Assembly: GCA_037140275.1 (NCBI GenBank)
Contig: JBAXET010000001.1
Span: 1,160 to 65,159, forward strand
Length of the DNA: 64,000 bases
Direction of reading: 5' to 3'
Source of the DNA: Ferruginibacter sp.
Lineage (GTDB): Bacteria; Bacteroidota; Bacteroidia; Chitinophagales; Chitinophagaceae
The notes beneath the pieces are model-generated. The model was not told the origin of the DNA. It did not search any database and was given only the letters and a program-made list of their open reading frames with translations. This document shows positions 27,778 through 37,383 of the stretch, piece by piece (positions within the stretch are counted from its first letter, which is position 1; each line of letters begins with the position of its first letter). A program made the translations under genes and the position numbers.

Positions 27778-30700
27778 TTAGAAAACAATATTTAGATTAA
27801 CACCATAACTTCTTGTGGTGGGTGTTTGTAAGTTTGGCTCCCTGCTGTTACCATCAGAGATATTTCTACCACTGTACTGATCCACATCAATATCATGAAA
27901 AGCAGATGGGAAGAAATACAAAAGGTTTCTGCCAACCAGTGACACATCAATTTTACTGATATAAGATTTCTTACCCAGGAATTTGGTAGGTAAAGAATAG
28001 GTTAGCACCACTTCTCTTAATTTGGCATAGGTTTTAGCAACTGAAGTATGTTCAAAGTTGTTGAAATAACTGCTCACATAATCCTGAATAAAACCCACTA
28101 CACCTGCATTAGGTTTAAAATTTAATGCGCTCATGTTTGTAATAACCCCTGTTACCGGATCGTATGCTATTCCAGGACTTCCGGCTGCAAGTTGCACCCC
28201 TTCGCCTACATAAGAACCTTTAAAGCCCGGTGTTACAACAAAAGAATTGGTAGCAGCATTGTACACCACATTCTTAGCTTCTAAAGCACGGGCAGCACCT
28301 ACAGCACCTTCTGCAGTTCCTGCATAACTTCCGCCTTCTGTTCCTTTTCTTTTTACATAATCCTGAACAATTCCACCTACTTTACCATCAAACTGGAAAG
28401 AAATACTGAATGTTTTATAAGTAAATTTGTTATTGATCGCCCAGCTAAAATCCACGTCACCATTACCCACGTATTGTGATTTTGGTAAATAAACAGGATA
28501 GCCTGCGCTGTTATTAATTACCTGTCCGTCAGAAGTTTTTGCAGTGATGTTAGCAAATAATTTATCTACCCTGTCGCCCTGATGAAACTGATAGTTTTCG
28601 AAGTTTGAAGGCAGATCTTTATATACTTCTTTATAAGTACTCCAGTTAACCAATACATCCCAACGCAGGTCTTTTTTCTGCATTGGCGTACCGTTTAATG
28701 ATAATTCAACACCTGAAAGTTTAGTTTTAATTGCATTAGATGATAATGAATTTAAACCTGATGTTTGAGACAATGGAGAATTTACAATTCTTGGGCCATT
28801 AATATTTGAATAATAAGTAGCGCTAAATCCTAAACGGTTATTTAAAAAACGCATATCCAAACCTAACTCTGTACTGTTGGTTTTAGAAGATTGTACGTTT
28901 GGATCAATTTTATTACCAGGGGCAAAAGCACCTGTTTGGTTATTATATACAGTGGCTATACTATATGCCGGATCTGATAAACTGAAAGCCGGACCTCCAT
29001 AAATAGTAACATATGGAGCGCCATAACCAAGTGGATATGCAGCAGGTCCTATATATCTTGCAACATCCGGAGCTTTAGCCGTAGCATAACTGGTTCTTAA
29101 TTTTAAGAAGCTGATTGCTTTTGGCAGCTTTAAATAATCTGACAATACAGTGGCTACAGAAGCAGAAGGATAATAGTAAATATTATTTTCTTTACGTAAT
29201 GCAGATGATTTATCCACCCTGCCCGATAAGTTTAATGACAAATAATTTTTAACATCCACACTGATAGAAGTGTACGCACTTAATACCAGCATTTTTGAAT
29301 TATAACTATATGCTTTAGCCGGGTTTAATGAGTTAGAGAAAGCATATAAACCCGGTACATTTAAATAATCGGTAGTGGTAAAGCTTGAATTATAAGAAAA
29401 ACTTCTGGCGTTAACGCCTGCTAATGCATCTACTTTCAGCAGTTCTTTTAATTTGCCGTTGTATTTTACAATACCTTCTACGTTATTGTCAATTAATGAA
29501 CGCCTGTCTTCTCTATAATCGCCACGATTCGCTTCACGTCCGTAAGGGTGAGCAGAATAAGGTAGTTTTTCATTTCTTAATACATCATTGCCTGTAATAT
29601 TACCACGAACTACAGCTTCTACATTCTTATTGGCTTTATAGGTCAATCCAATATTACCAAACATATCAGTTTTGTAATGTCCACGTAACCATTCATAACT
29701 CATAAACCATGGATTGTGGTAACGCTGGTATTCGGCAAAATTTGATTGCACCCCTTCTTTACCGGGCTGCCAGTAGTTACGGATATTAGCATCGTTAACA
29801 CTCCAGTCTGCACCAGTCCAGATAGTCATACTGTAGATAACAGAGTTTGGTCCGTATTGTACATCCGGAATATTTGGAGTTGTCTGGCGATTATAATTTA
29901 ATGCGCCGTCAATTTTAAATTTGCTACTCAAATCATAACTGGTATTTAAATTAAAATTGTAAATATTCAGTTTGGTATTAGGGATAATACCTTTTTGATT
30001 AGAATTAGATAATGACATCCTGATAGAAGAACGGTCATTAGCAGAACTGAAACTGATATTGTTAGTATTCAGTAAACCTGCCTGAATAAAATTTTTCATG
30101 TTATTAGCCCCTCTTGCTGTATAAGGAGAAGGGATTCTTTTACCTGTAACAGGATCAATAGGACTATCATACTGTGGAAGTAACTGACCATTTAAAGCAG
30201 GTCCCCATACATCATAATCACCATCATTAATTCCACCGCCTTTACCATCACCAAATGAATATTGAGAATAATCACCGCCGCCATATAAGGTTTGTGTTTT
30301 TGGCACAGCAATAAATCCTTTATCCATTTGCAGGCTGGAGTTTATTTCAATAGTATACCCCTTGGCATTTTTCTTACCTTTTTTAGTGGTAATTAAAATA
30401 GCACCGTTTTGAGCACGGCTGCCATATAATGCAGTTGCAGCTAAACCTTTTAATACGGTATAGCTTTCAATATCATCCGGACTGATGTTCCAGGTATCTG
30501 AAGTGATGGGCATACCATCCACAACATATAATGTAATGTTGCCGCCACGTAATGATACTGATGGCGCTGCAAGCATTTCTCTATTGATGGCCACATCAAG
30601 GCCTGCAACCTTGCCCACCAAACCATTTATGGGATTGGGTTCACGGGCTTTAACCAGATCTTGTCCTTTAATTTCCTGAACGGCATAACCCAGACGTTTG

Positions 30701-31059
30701 GTTTCTTTTTTAATACCCAATGCTGTTACCACTACTTCACTCATTGACTTGGTATCGTTTTCCATTTCAATGAACAATGCTGCAGTTGTTTCAATTGTTC
30801 TTTTTATAGTGATGAATCCTGCAGAAGAAAAAACAAGTATATCTCCTTTTTTAGCAGCTATAGAAAACATACCATCACCATCTGTGGTGGTGGCTTTTCC
30901 AGTACTTTCTATTGTTATGTTTACTCCCTGAATACCCTTGGTATCAGATTTGGTAATTACCCGGCCAGATATCAGTTGCTGAGCAAAACTGAATACCGGC
31001 AAAAGCATTAATAGTAATAATACTTTTGATTTTGACGGCATGATTTTTTTTGAATGCAT
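27778..31059 (-). CDS. SusC/RagA-family TonB-linked outer-membrane transporter
   Basis: CarbopepD_reg N-domain (ISGRVITKSDTKGIQGVNI). Plug motifs VVVTALGIKKETKRLGYA, VAGLDV and GSRAQNGAILITTKKG. About 1090 aa, with terminal ...LNIVF. An alternative start exists at 31041 (MPSKSK). Confidence 0.85.
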   Translation of the reverse strand: MHSKKIMPSKSKVLLLLMLLPVFSFAQQLISGRVITKSDTKGIQGVNITIESTGKATTTDGDGMFSIAAKKGDILVFSSAGFITIKRTIETTAALFIEMENDTKSMSEVVVTALGIKKETKRLGYAVQEIKGQDLVKAREPNPINGLVGKVAGLDVAINREMLAAPSVSLRGGNITLYVVDGMPITSDTWNISPDDIESYTVLKGLAATALYGSRAQNGAILITTKKGKKNAKGYTIEINSSLQMDKGFIAVPKTQTLYGGGDYSQYSFGDGKGGGINDGDYDVWGPALNGQLLPQYDSPIDPVTGKRIPSPYTARGANNMKNFIQAGLLNTNNISFSSANDRSSIRMSLSNSNQKGIIPNTKLNIYNFNLNTSYDLSSKFKIDGALNYNRQTTPNIPDVQYGPNSVIYSMTIWTGADWSVNDANIRNYWQPGKEGVQSNFAEYQRYHNPWFMSYEWLRGHYKTDMFGNIGLTYKANKNVEAVVRGNITGNDVLRNEKLPYSAHPYGREANRGDYREDRRSLIDNNVEGIVKYNGKLKELLKVDALAGVNARSFSYNSSFTTTDYLNVPGLYAFSNSLNPAKAYSYNSKMLVLSAYTSISVDVKNYLSLNLSGRVDKSSALRKENNIYYYPSASVATVLSDYLKLPKAISFLKLRTSYATAKAPDVARYIGPAAYPLGYGAPYVTIYGGPAFSLSDPAYSIATVYNNQTGAFAPGNKIDPNVQSSKTNSTELGLDMRFLNNRLGFSATYYSNINGPRIVNSPLSQTSGLNSLSSNAIKTKLSGVELSLNGTPMQKKDLRWDVLVNWSTYKEVYKDLPSNFENYQFHQGDRVDKLFANITAKTSDGQVINNSAGYPVYLPKSQYVGNGDVDFSWAINNKFTYKTFSISFQFDGKVGGIVQDYVKRKGTEGGSYAGTAEGAVGAARALEAKNVVYNAATNSFVVTPGFKGSYVGEGVQLAAGSPGIAYDPVTGVITNMSALNFKPNAGVVGFIQDYVSSYFNNFEHTSVAKTYAKLREVVLTYSLPTKFLGKKSYISKIDVSLVGRNLLYFFPSAFHDIDVDQYSGRNISDGNSREPNLQTPTTRSYGVNLNIVF

Positions 31060-31300
31060 GTAGCTTCGGTTTTTGGTGAATGTGCTTTTAGTTTTTGAGC
31101 TACGAAATTCAAATTGCCATGTGACCGAATAGTGAAGGAAAGATTAACAAAGGTTTACTTAAAGGTTAACAGAAAATTAAGTTAATGTAAACAAATTGTT
31201 TTTTGCTGTTTTTTAAAATCAGGAGTAATTTTTATATCCCTTATCCAATGCTGCAGTTCTCAATTTTGCTGCCGGATATAAGTATAGATATTGTAACAAT

Positions 31301-31339
31301 AAAAAAGAATGGCTGTTTCTAAAAAAGAAACAGCCATTC
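31301..31339 (-). terminator. rho-independent terminator after the SusD-like gene
   Basis: Perfect 13-bp stem GAATGGCTGTTTC (31307-31319) / GAAACAGCCATTC (31327-31339). A6 at 31301-31306 on the plus strand gives a U6 tail on the minus strand. Confidence 0.85.
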
Positions 31340-31358
31340 GATTAAAATATTTGTATAC

Positions 31359-32879
31359 TTAGTACCCGGGATTTTGATACATTTTTACAGGATCCAGTTT
31401 ATACTCATTATATGGAATAGGAAAAAAATAATCCTTGGTTGTACAATTGGTTAAAGGCGAGTTGTCGTAATTGGCCTGTGATTTTTCATTCATATATGCT
31501 ACCAGTTCAGTAGCGGTAAAAAATCGGGTAAGGTCGTGCCAGCGATGATGCTCAAAAGCAAGCTCAACCCTTCTTTCGTGCAGAATAGCGAGTTTTAAAG
31601 TTGGAAACTTTGCAGTATATGCAGGATTGCCCAGCATTGCAGCATAGTTGGGTACACCAGCTCTTGCCCTTACCATATCCAGATAGGAAATTGCAGTTGC
31701 ATTATCTCCTAAATACATATTCACTTCTGCAAGATTTAAAATCACATCTGCATAACGAATCAGTATCCAGTCATTTCCACCATAGCCCAATGTACTTGCA
31801 GCTGCACTTGCATCACGGAATTTAGTGATGAAATAGGCTGATGTAGCCGGAGCTAATTTTGCAGAGTAATTAGTACGTACATCACCTGTTTCAAATTCAT
31901 TCAGCAGATCTTTTGTAAGTAAACCGCCTGCGGCCTGTGAAACAAAAAGCGAATTGATAGTTTCGCCTTTAGCCTGGTTGGATCTTGCTAATGAAGAGGA
32001 ATAGCTGGCATCGCCCTGTTTATATACAATCTGAAATATAATTTCGGCATTGGTAGATTTTTTAGTTACATCAAAAACATCTACGTAAGGAATATCAGAT
32101 AAATTGGCAAATGTTTTCTGATTGAAACAAGCCAGTAAATAGGTTTTAGCAAAGTTTAAATTTTCTGTAGCTTTTGAAGCATCCAGATTTCTTGCCATGG
32201 TTAAATATACCTGTCCCAGTAATGCATTGGCTGCCTGCAAGGATACCCTTCCTTTATTAGCAGCAGTTTGAATCACCGGTAAATTACTTGCCACCGCATC
32301 TTTTAAATCAGCCACAATTTGTGTATACACCACATCTGCTTTTGCCCTGAACGTTAAAGCCGCAGCCTGCTCTGCGGAAGTCAATCTTTCTGTTACCAAT
32401 GGCACATCCCCAAATTCTCTTACCAAATTAAAATACATATATGCTCTGATAAATTTCAGTTCAGCAATATATTGTGTTTTAGTACTCTCATTGGCAAAAG
32501 TAATTTTAGGAATGATAGACAAAATCATATTTGCTCTTGCAATTGGTACATATAATGCTGTCCAGTGACTTTGTAAATAACTGTTACTGGCAACAATTGA
32601 AAATGCTGTAAACTGAAATGGCTCACCATTGTTTGATTGATTGTCCGTTGTATTTACATCATCTGCACGGTCGTCTGTCCATAACTGTGCGCCTTCGCCC
32701 ACACAGTTACTGCTTCTTAGTGCCTGATATACACCATATACGCCGGTGGTAATGTCAGTTTCGGTTTGATACCCATTATCCACTGCAACAGCATTTGGAC
32801 TAAACTGTTCTAAATTAGATTTGCTGCAACTGCACAGAAAAAGAATTACAGCTGCAATGAAAGAAATTATTTTATACAT
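31359..32879 (-). CDS. RagB/SusD-family outer-membrane lipoprotein
   Basis: Lipobox FLCSCSKS. Canonical SusD features RAYMYFNLVREFGDVPL and ERRVELAFEHHRWHDLTRF. C-terminus ...MYQNPGY. Confidence 0.85.
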   Translation of the reverse strand: MYKIISFIAAVILFLCSCSKSNLEQFSPNAVAVDNGYQTETDITTGVYGVYQALRSSNCVGEGAQLWTDDRADDVNTTDNQSNNGEPFQFTAFSIVASNSYLQSHWTALYVPIARANMILSIIPKITFANESTKTQYIAELKFIRAYMYFNLVREFGDVPLVTERLTSAEQAAALTFRAKADVVYTQIVADLKDAVASNLPVIQTAANKGRVSLQAANALLGQVYLTMARNLDASKATENLNFAKTYLLACFNQKTFANLSDIPYVDVFDVTKKSTNAEIIFQIVYKQGDASYSSSLARSNQAKGETINSLFVSQAAGGLLTKDLLNEFETGDVRTNYSAKLAPATSAYFITKFRDASAAASTLGYGGNDWILIRYADVILNLAEVNMYLGDNATAISYLDMVRARAGVPNYAAMLGNPAYTAKFPTLKLAILHERRVELAFEHHRWHDLTRFFTATELVAYMNEKSQANYDNSPLTNCTTKDYFFPIPYNEYKLDPVKMYQNPGY

Positions 32880-32906
32880 AAATTTATTTTTATGATTTGC
32901 TGAATA

Positions 32907-35900
32907 TTAAAATTGAACTTTTACACCTGCGCTGAAAGAACGAGCCAAAGGATATTTACCATAGTCTACGCCCGGTGTAAGGTTAGATCCGTTGTTAAAA
33001 TCCACTTCCGGATTGTATCCCAGATATTTGGTAATGGTAAATGCATTATCAACAGCAGTGTACCATCTCAATCCGCTGATACCTAATTTTTTTGCAAATG
33101 TCAGCGAAGAAAGATCTATTCCAAAAGTAATGTTGGTACATCTGAAGAATGAACCATCCTGCAAATAATAATCAGACAAACGGGTGCTGTTACTTTGCGA
33201 TCCTCCGCGTGATGCCCTGTATTCATGACCATTGCCAGGCATTGCTTCGCTTCTGTAACGATCATTTATTACTGCATACTGATTACCCGAACCCTCCATA
33301 TTTCTGATATAATAATCCTGACCGTCAATTACTTTGTTGCCCTGAGCACCGTTAAATGAAGCGCTAAGTTCAAACATTTTATAATTCATGTTAACACCAA
33401 AGCCATAAGTGAATTTAGCATAAGGACTACCAATGATATCTTTATCAGCATCTGTTATAACGCCATCTCCATTTTTATCAACAAAATACAGATCGCCCGG
33501 ATTTAATGGGGTGGTAGAATATGTGGAAATAGGGAAGCCCTGTACTTTATATCCGGAAGGAAATTTATTGCCATTAGATTTATATACCGCAAGATCTGCA
33601 CTCACATTGGCCATATCTTTTTCTCTCACCATTCCGGCTACTCTTAATCCATAGAATGAACCAACAGGATCACCTTCTCTGGTTACATGAGTAATATAAC
33701 TTCTTTCAGCACCATTGATTTGAATTTCGCTTGCACCACCCAGACTTATTACTTTATTTTTATTAGCAGTGACATTGCCACTGAAATTTAAATTAAAGTC
33801 TTTTGATTGAATGATCTTGGCATCTATCTGCAAATCAAAGCCCTTGTTTTGAATATTTGAATTATGCAGGTTAGTTAGTATTGAAGTAGCGCCTGTTAAA
33901 GAAGAAATGCTTTGATTATACAACAGATTATAAGATTTGCTGCTGTAATAGTTTACTATAAAAGACAAACGATTATTCAACACAGAAGCATCTGCACCAA
34001 AATTATATTGTGCAGTGGACTCCCAGCCTAATTTAGCATCTGTAATACCTCCTGCCCAAGTGGCATTGTACACCGTACCGCCAATAACGTAACCACCTGC
34101 ACCGGTAAGATCCTGCTCATATCTGTAATTACCAATATTATTATTGCCGGTTAAGCCCCAGCTGGCGCGTAATTTAAGGCTAGAGTTTTTTCCCAGCCAA
34201 TCATGATAAAAAGATTCGTTAGATACATTCCATCCTGCAGAAACAGAACCGAATTGCCCCCAGCGATTTTCAGGTCCAAAACGTGATGACGCATCAGAAC
34301 GGAAAGATCCGGTTACAAAATACCTTCTGTCATAACTATATACCACCCTTGCCAAATACGACATTAATGTAGTGGTTGATTTACCTGAGTTAGATAGTCT
34401 TGAAAAATCCCCCGCTGTTGAACCGCCTGAAGTAATTTCAGGAACCAGGTCATTGGTAAAGTTTTTAACAGCTACTGCAATAATATCTGATTTAGTTTCC
34501 TGTGAGGTAGAACCAGCCAGTGCATCAATACTATGTTTACCAAATTGTTTTTTATAATTCAATGTAAATTCTGCCAATACATCCTGTATAGTCATAAACT
34601 GAGCAGATGCATTTGCTGCAAGTATTGATTGTGTTGACCCGGCTGGATTAATTCCACTGCTTAAATTTGTAGGATAATAATACTCATACTTTTCTGTATA
34701 GGTTTCTCCTCCTAAATTGATTTTAGCCGAAAGGTTTTTTATTATTTCATAAGTGCCATTCACATTATAGGTAGCTCTGGTTCCTTTACGATTAATCTTA
34801 ACCCTTTGCGCCAAAGCCAATGGATTTTCGATGCCCTGAAATGCATATCCAAAACCATCTGTTTGTGCGCCTGCACCAACATTAGCCAATGCTAAACTTC
34901 CATCTGCATTATAAGCCGGAAAAATGGGCATATAAACCAGAGCTCCTAAAATAGGCCCCTGATTAAAACGTCCTTCCTGTACTTCACGGTTATTGTTATT
35001 GGTAACAAAAACGCTTGCAGATGTTTTTAATTTTTTAGTAACATCCGCATCAATGTTGGCTCTTAAATTAATTCTTCTTTGATAGGTACTGTTTAAAATC
35101 CCCGGCTGATCTAAATAACCTCCGCTGATTAAATATCTGGTACCTGCATTACCTCCTGAAAAAGAGAGATTATGCCTTTGTGCCAATGCATTGCCATACA
35201 ACACATCCTGCCAATCGGTATTGTATTTTGGTGCTAATACTTTTTGTGATGCAAAATCATATAAATCTTTAATGATACTTACTGAACTTCCAGTTGCAGT
35301 TTGACCTGCTTTAGTATTACGTGTAGCATTATCATCTGAGTAAAATGCGTCATTCCAGGTTATACCTTTTGAAATTAAAATATCTTTGTAGTTGGCATTT
35401 CTTCCGCTTACAAACAAGTCTGCAAATTGTGCAGCATCTAATAATTTTACTTTGTTGGCCAGTTGCTGATTGCTTAGCTGATAATCATAGGTAAATTTAC
35501 CTTTACCAATTCTTCCTCTTTTGGTTGTAATGATTACCACACCCGCAGAAGCACGTGAGCCGTAAATTGCAGCAGATGCTGCATCTTTCAAAATTTCTAT
35601 AGATTCAATATCATCAGGATTAATAAAAATATCGTTACCTGATGTTGCCGGATTATATCCTCCGGTTGCATTACCACCATTACCCTGTCCCTGGCTGATA
35701 TTTCCACCAATGGCATAACCGTCAATAACATATAATGGTTCTGAGCTGGCATTGATGGAACCAATACCACGCACCCGAATTTTTGCTCCGGAATAAGGTG
35801 CACCACTTACTTGTGATACCTGAACTCCGGCTACTTTACCTACTAATGCCTGACTTAAAGTTGGGCTTGATAAATTCAACTCTCTGGCTTTAACACTCGA

Positions 35901-36380
35901 TAAAGCACCGGTTACATCGCTCTTGCGAAGACGCTGATATCCTATCGATACTTCATCTAATAGTTTAACATCTTCCTTCAATTTAATAGCAATGGAAGTG
36001 GATCCGGTCTTAACTTCCTGAGGCATATAACCTGCATAAGAAATAACTAGTGTAGTACCTTCTGTTACATCTAAAGTAAATCTGCCCTCAGCGTCTGTTA
36101 CACTGCCTTTTTTACTGTTTTTTACAGTTACGTTTACACCTGACAGTGGTTTGTTATTTTCGTCGGTTATAATACCCGATACTTTAACTGTTGCCGCAAC
36201 AGTTTTTTGAAACCCGGCTACAGCCGTTTCGGGTGAGCTTGACAACAGCCCAACCGCAATTGCCAGGCAGCATACCTGACTTAATTTTCTTACCGGCTTA
36301 AGGAAAGAAAATTGTAAAAATTTTTCTTGCATACTAGTCTTGATTTTATATTTTAAAATGTTTTTAATACTATTTTTCAC
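32907..36380 (-). CDS. SusC/RagA-family TonB-linked outer-membrane transporter
   Basis: CarbopepD_reg domain (VSGIITDENNKPLSGVNV). Plug motifs VSIGYQRLRKSDVTGALS, VAGVQV and GSRASAGVVIITTKRG. C-terminus ...GVKVQF. The likely true start is the internal Met at 36332. I could see no STN signalling domain. Confidence 0.85.
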   Translation of the reverse strand: MKNSIKNILKYKIKTSMQEKFLQFSFLKPVRKLSQVCCLAIAVGLLSSSPETAVAGFQKTVAATVKVSGIITDENNKPLSGVNVTVKNSKKGSVTDAEGRFTLDVTEGTTLVISYAGYMPQEVKTGSTSIAIKLKEDVKLLDEVSIGYQRLRKSDVTGALSSVKARELNLSSPTLSQALVGKVAGVQVSQVSGAPYSGAKIRVRGIGSINASSEPLYVIDGYAIGGNISQGQGNGGNATGGYNPATSGNDIFINPDDIESIEILKDAASAAIYGSRASAGVVIITTKRGRIGKGKFTYDYQLSNQQLANKVKLLDAAQFADLFVSGRNANYKDILISKGITWNDAFYSDDNATRNTKAGQTATGSSVSIIKDLYDFASQKVLAPKYNTDWQDVLYGNALAQRHNLSFSGGNAGTRYLISGGYLDQPGILNSTYQRRINLRANIDADVTKKLKTSASVFVTNNNNREVQEGRFNQGPILGALVYMPIFPAYNADGSLALANVGAGAQTDGFGYAFQGIENPLALAQRVKINRKGTRATYNVNGTYEIIKNLSAKINLGGETYTEKYEYYYPTNLSSGINPAGSTQSILAANASAQFMTIQDVLAEFTLNYKKQFGKHSIDALAGSTSQETKSDIIAVAVKNFTNDLVPEITSGGSTAGDFSRLSNSGKSTTTLMSYLARVVYSYDRRYFVTGSFRSDASSRFGPENRWGQFGSVSAGWNVSNESFYHDWLGKNSSLKLRASWGLTGNNNIGNYRYEQDLTGAGGYVIGGTVYNATWAGGITDAKLGWESTAQYNFGADASVLNNRLSFIVNYYSSKSYNLLYNQSISSLTGATSILTNLHNSNIQNKGFDLQIDAKIIQSKDFNLNFSGNVTANKNKVISLGGASEIQINGAERSYITHVTREGDPVGSFYGLRVAGMVREKDMANVSADLAVYKSNGNKFPSGYKVQGFPISTYSTTPLNPGDLYFVDKNGDGVITDADKDIIGSPYAKFTYGFGVNMNYKMFELSASFNGAQGNKVIDGQDYYIRNMEGSGNQYAVINDRYRSEAMPGNGHEYRASRGGSQSNSTRLSDYYLQDGSFFRCTNITFGIDLSSLTFAKKLGISGLRWYTAVDNAFTITKYLGYNPEVDFNNGSNLTPGVDYGKYPLARSFSAGVKVQF

Positions 36381-36448
36381 AAGCAGGCAACTATAAGCAG
36401 TAAAATTTATTTATGTAACAAGGTCATTCCGGAAGTAATCAGGATTAT

Positions 36449-37363
36449 TTACCATTTTACATTTACCCTATTCACATTATTTTTTCTGGAGGATGTTACT
36501 GCAATTCCAGTTTTGTACTGTTGGTTTAAAAAAGTAAACCCTTCCAATTCATCTGCACGGTCTACATCTACCGATTTAATAACCACTTGTTTTCCTGCGG
36601 CTACAGATTTTTCCAGATCCACATATGTAAACCGCCATCTTCTTCCTTCTATCTGATTTTGAATTAATACCAGACAACCCTTGTTGGCCATCCAATACAG
36701 ATTTTGTACCCATGGGCTGCAGGTAAATTTTTTATACTGCACTCCTTTTTCTGATGTCTTTTTTGCTTTTGCCAAAGCAGCGGGATTATATAAGCGCACT
36801 TCATTTGCCTTATCACCATAATCGGCAGTAGCCACATACCATTTACTTTTATATTTTACATATTCGGGTCTGGTACCCTGAATACAGGTATCATCGTCAA
36901 TAGTATTAATCAGATTGCCATCTAAAGTTCCGGTATGCTGTAAGCCCTTCCAGTCAACACAATAAATAACAGCACGCCATAATGTACCTGCTGCATTCAG
37001 GCGAATACTGTTTCCAATAAAAACCGGATTCTTGCCATGATAGGCAATTCCTGTTGGATGATTAATTACATCTGTATCATTAATCGTAAGCTTTATTTCT
37101 TTATGCTGATATACCAGACTGTCATTTTCAATTTTATAGGTTCTAATTATTCCTGCTTCTCTGTCACCATACAAAAAAATATTATCCCCTTGTTTAGATA
37201 CACCCTGACAGGCACCCAACGAATCAACTGAATAACTTTGAGTAATATTCATGTCTGCATCAACTGTAAAAGATGGCAGCATTGCAATTAATACAATGAA
37301 CAGTACAATAATTGCCCAGTCAGTAATTTTCATTCCATTAAGTTGTTTTATGAATACAGGCAT
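36449..37363 (-). CDS. hypothetical membrane-anchored or exported protein, no recognisable family
   Basis: N-terminal hydrophobic anchor (MKITDWAIIVLFIVLIAMLPSF, alternative start 37333). The beta-rich composition suggests a propeller or lectin-like fold. No motif recognised. Confidence 0.45.
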   Translation of the reverse strand: MPVFIKQLNGMKITDWAIIVLFIVLIAMLPSFTVDADMNITQSYSVDSLGACQGVSKQGDNIFLYGDREAGIIRTYKIENDSLVYQHKEIKLTINDTDVINHPTGIAYHGKNPVFIGNSIRLNAAGTLWRAVIYCVDWKGLQHTGTLDGNLINTIDDDTCIQGTRPEYVKYKSKWYVATADYGDKANEVRLYNPAALAKAKKTSEKGVQYKKFTCSPWVQNLYWMANKGCLVLIQNQIEGRRWRFTYVDLEKSVAAGKQVVIKSVDVDRADELEGFTFLNQQYKTGIAVTSSRKNNVNRVNVKW

Positions 37364-37383
37364 TTTGCTTTTATAAATGGTTA

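Noticed and set aside
35634-35702. Gly/Asn-rich stretch (NISQGQGNGGNATGGYNPATSGN) in the plug region of the 1157-aa SusC, considered as a possible repeat or contingency locus
   Set aside because: There is no nucleotide-level tandem repeat. It reads as a low-complexity surface loop insertion, which is common in SusC-family proteins.
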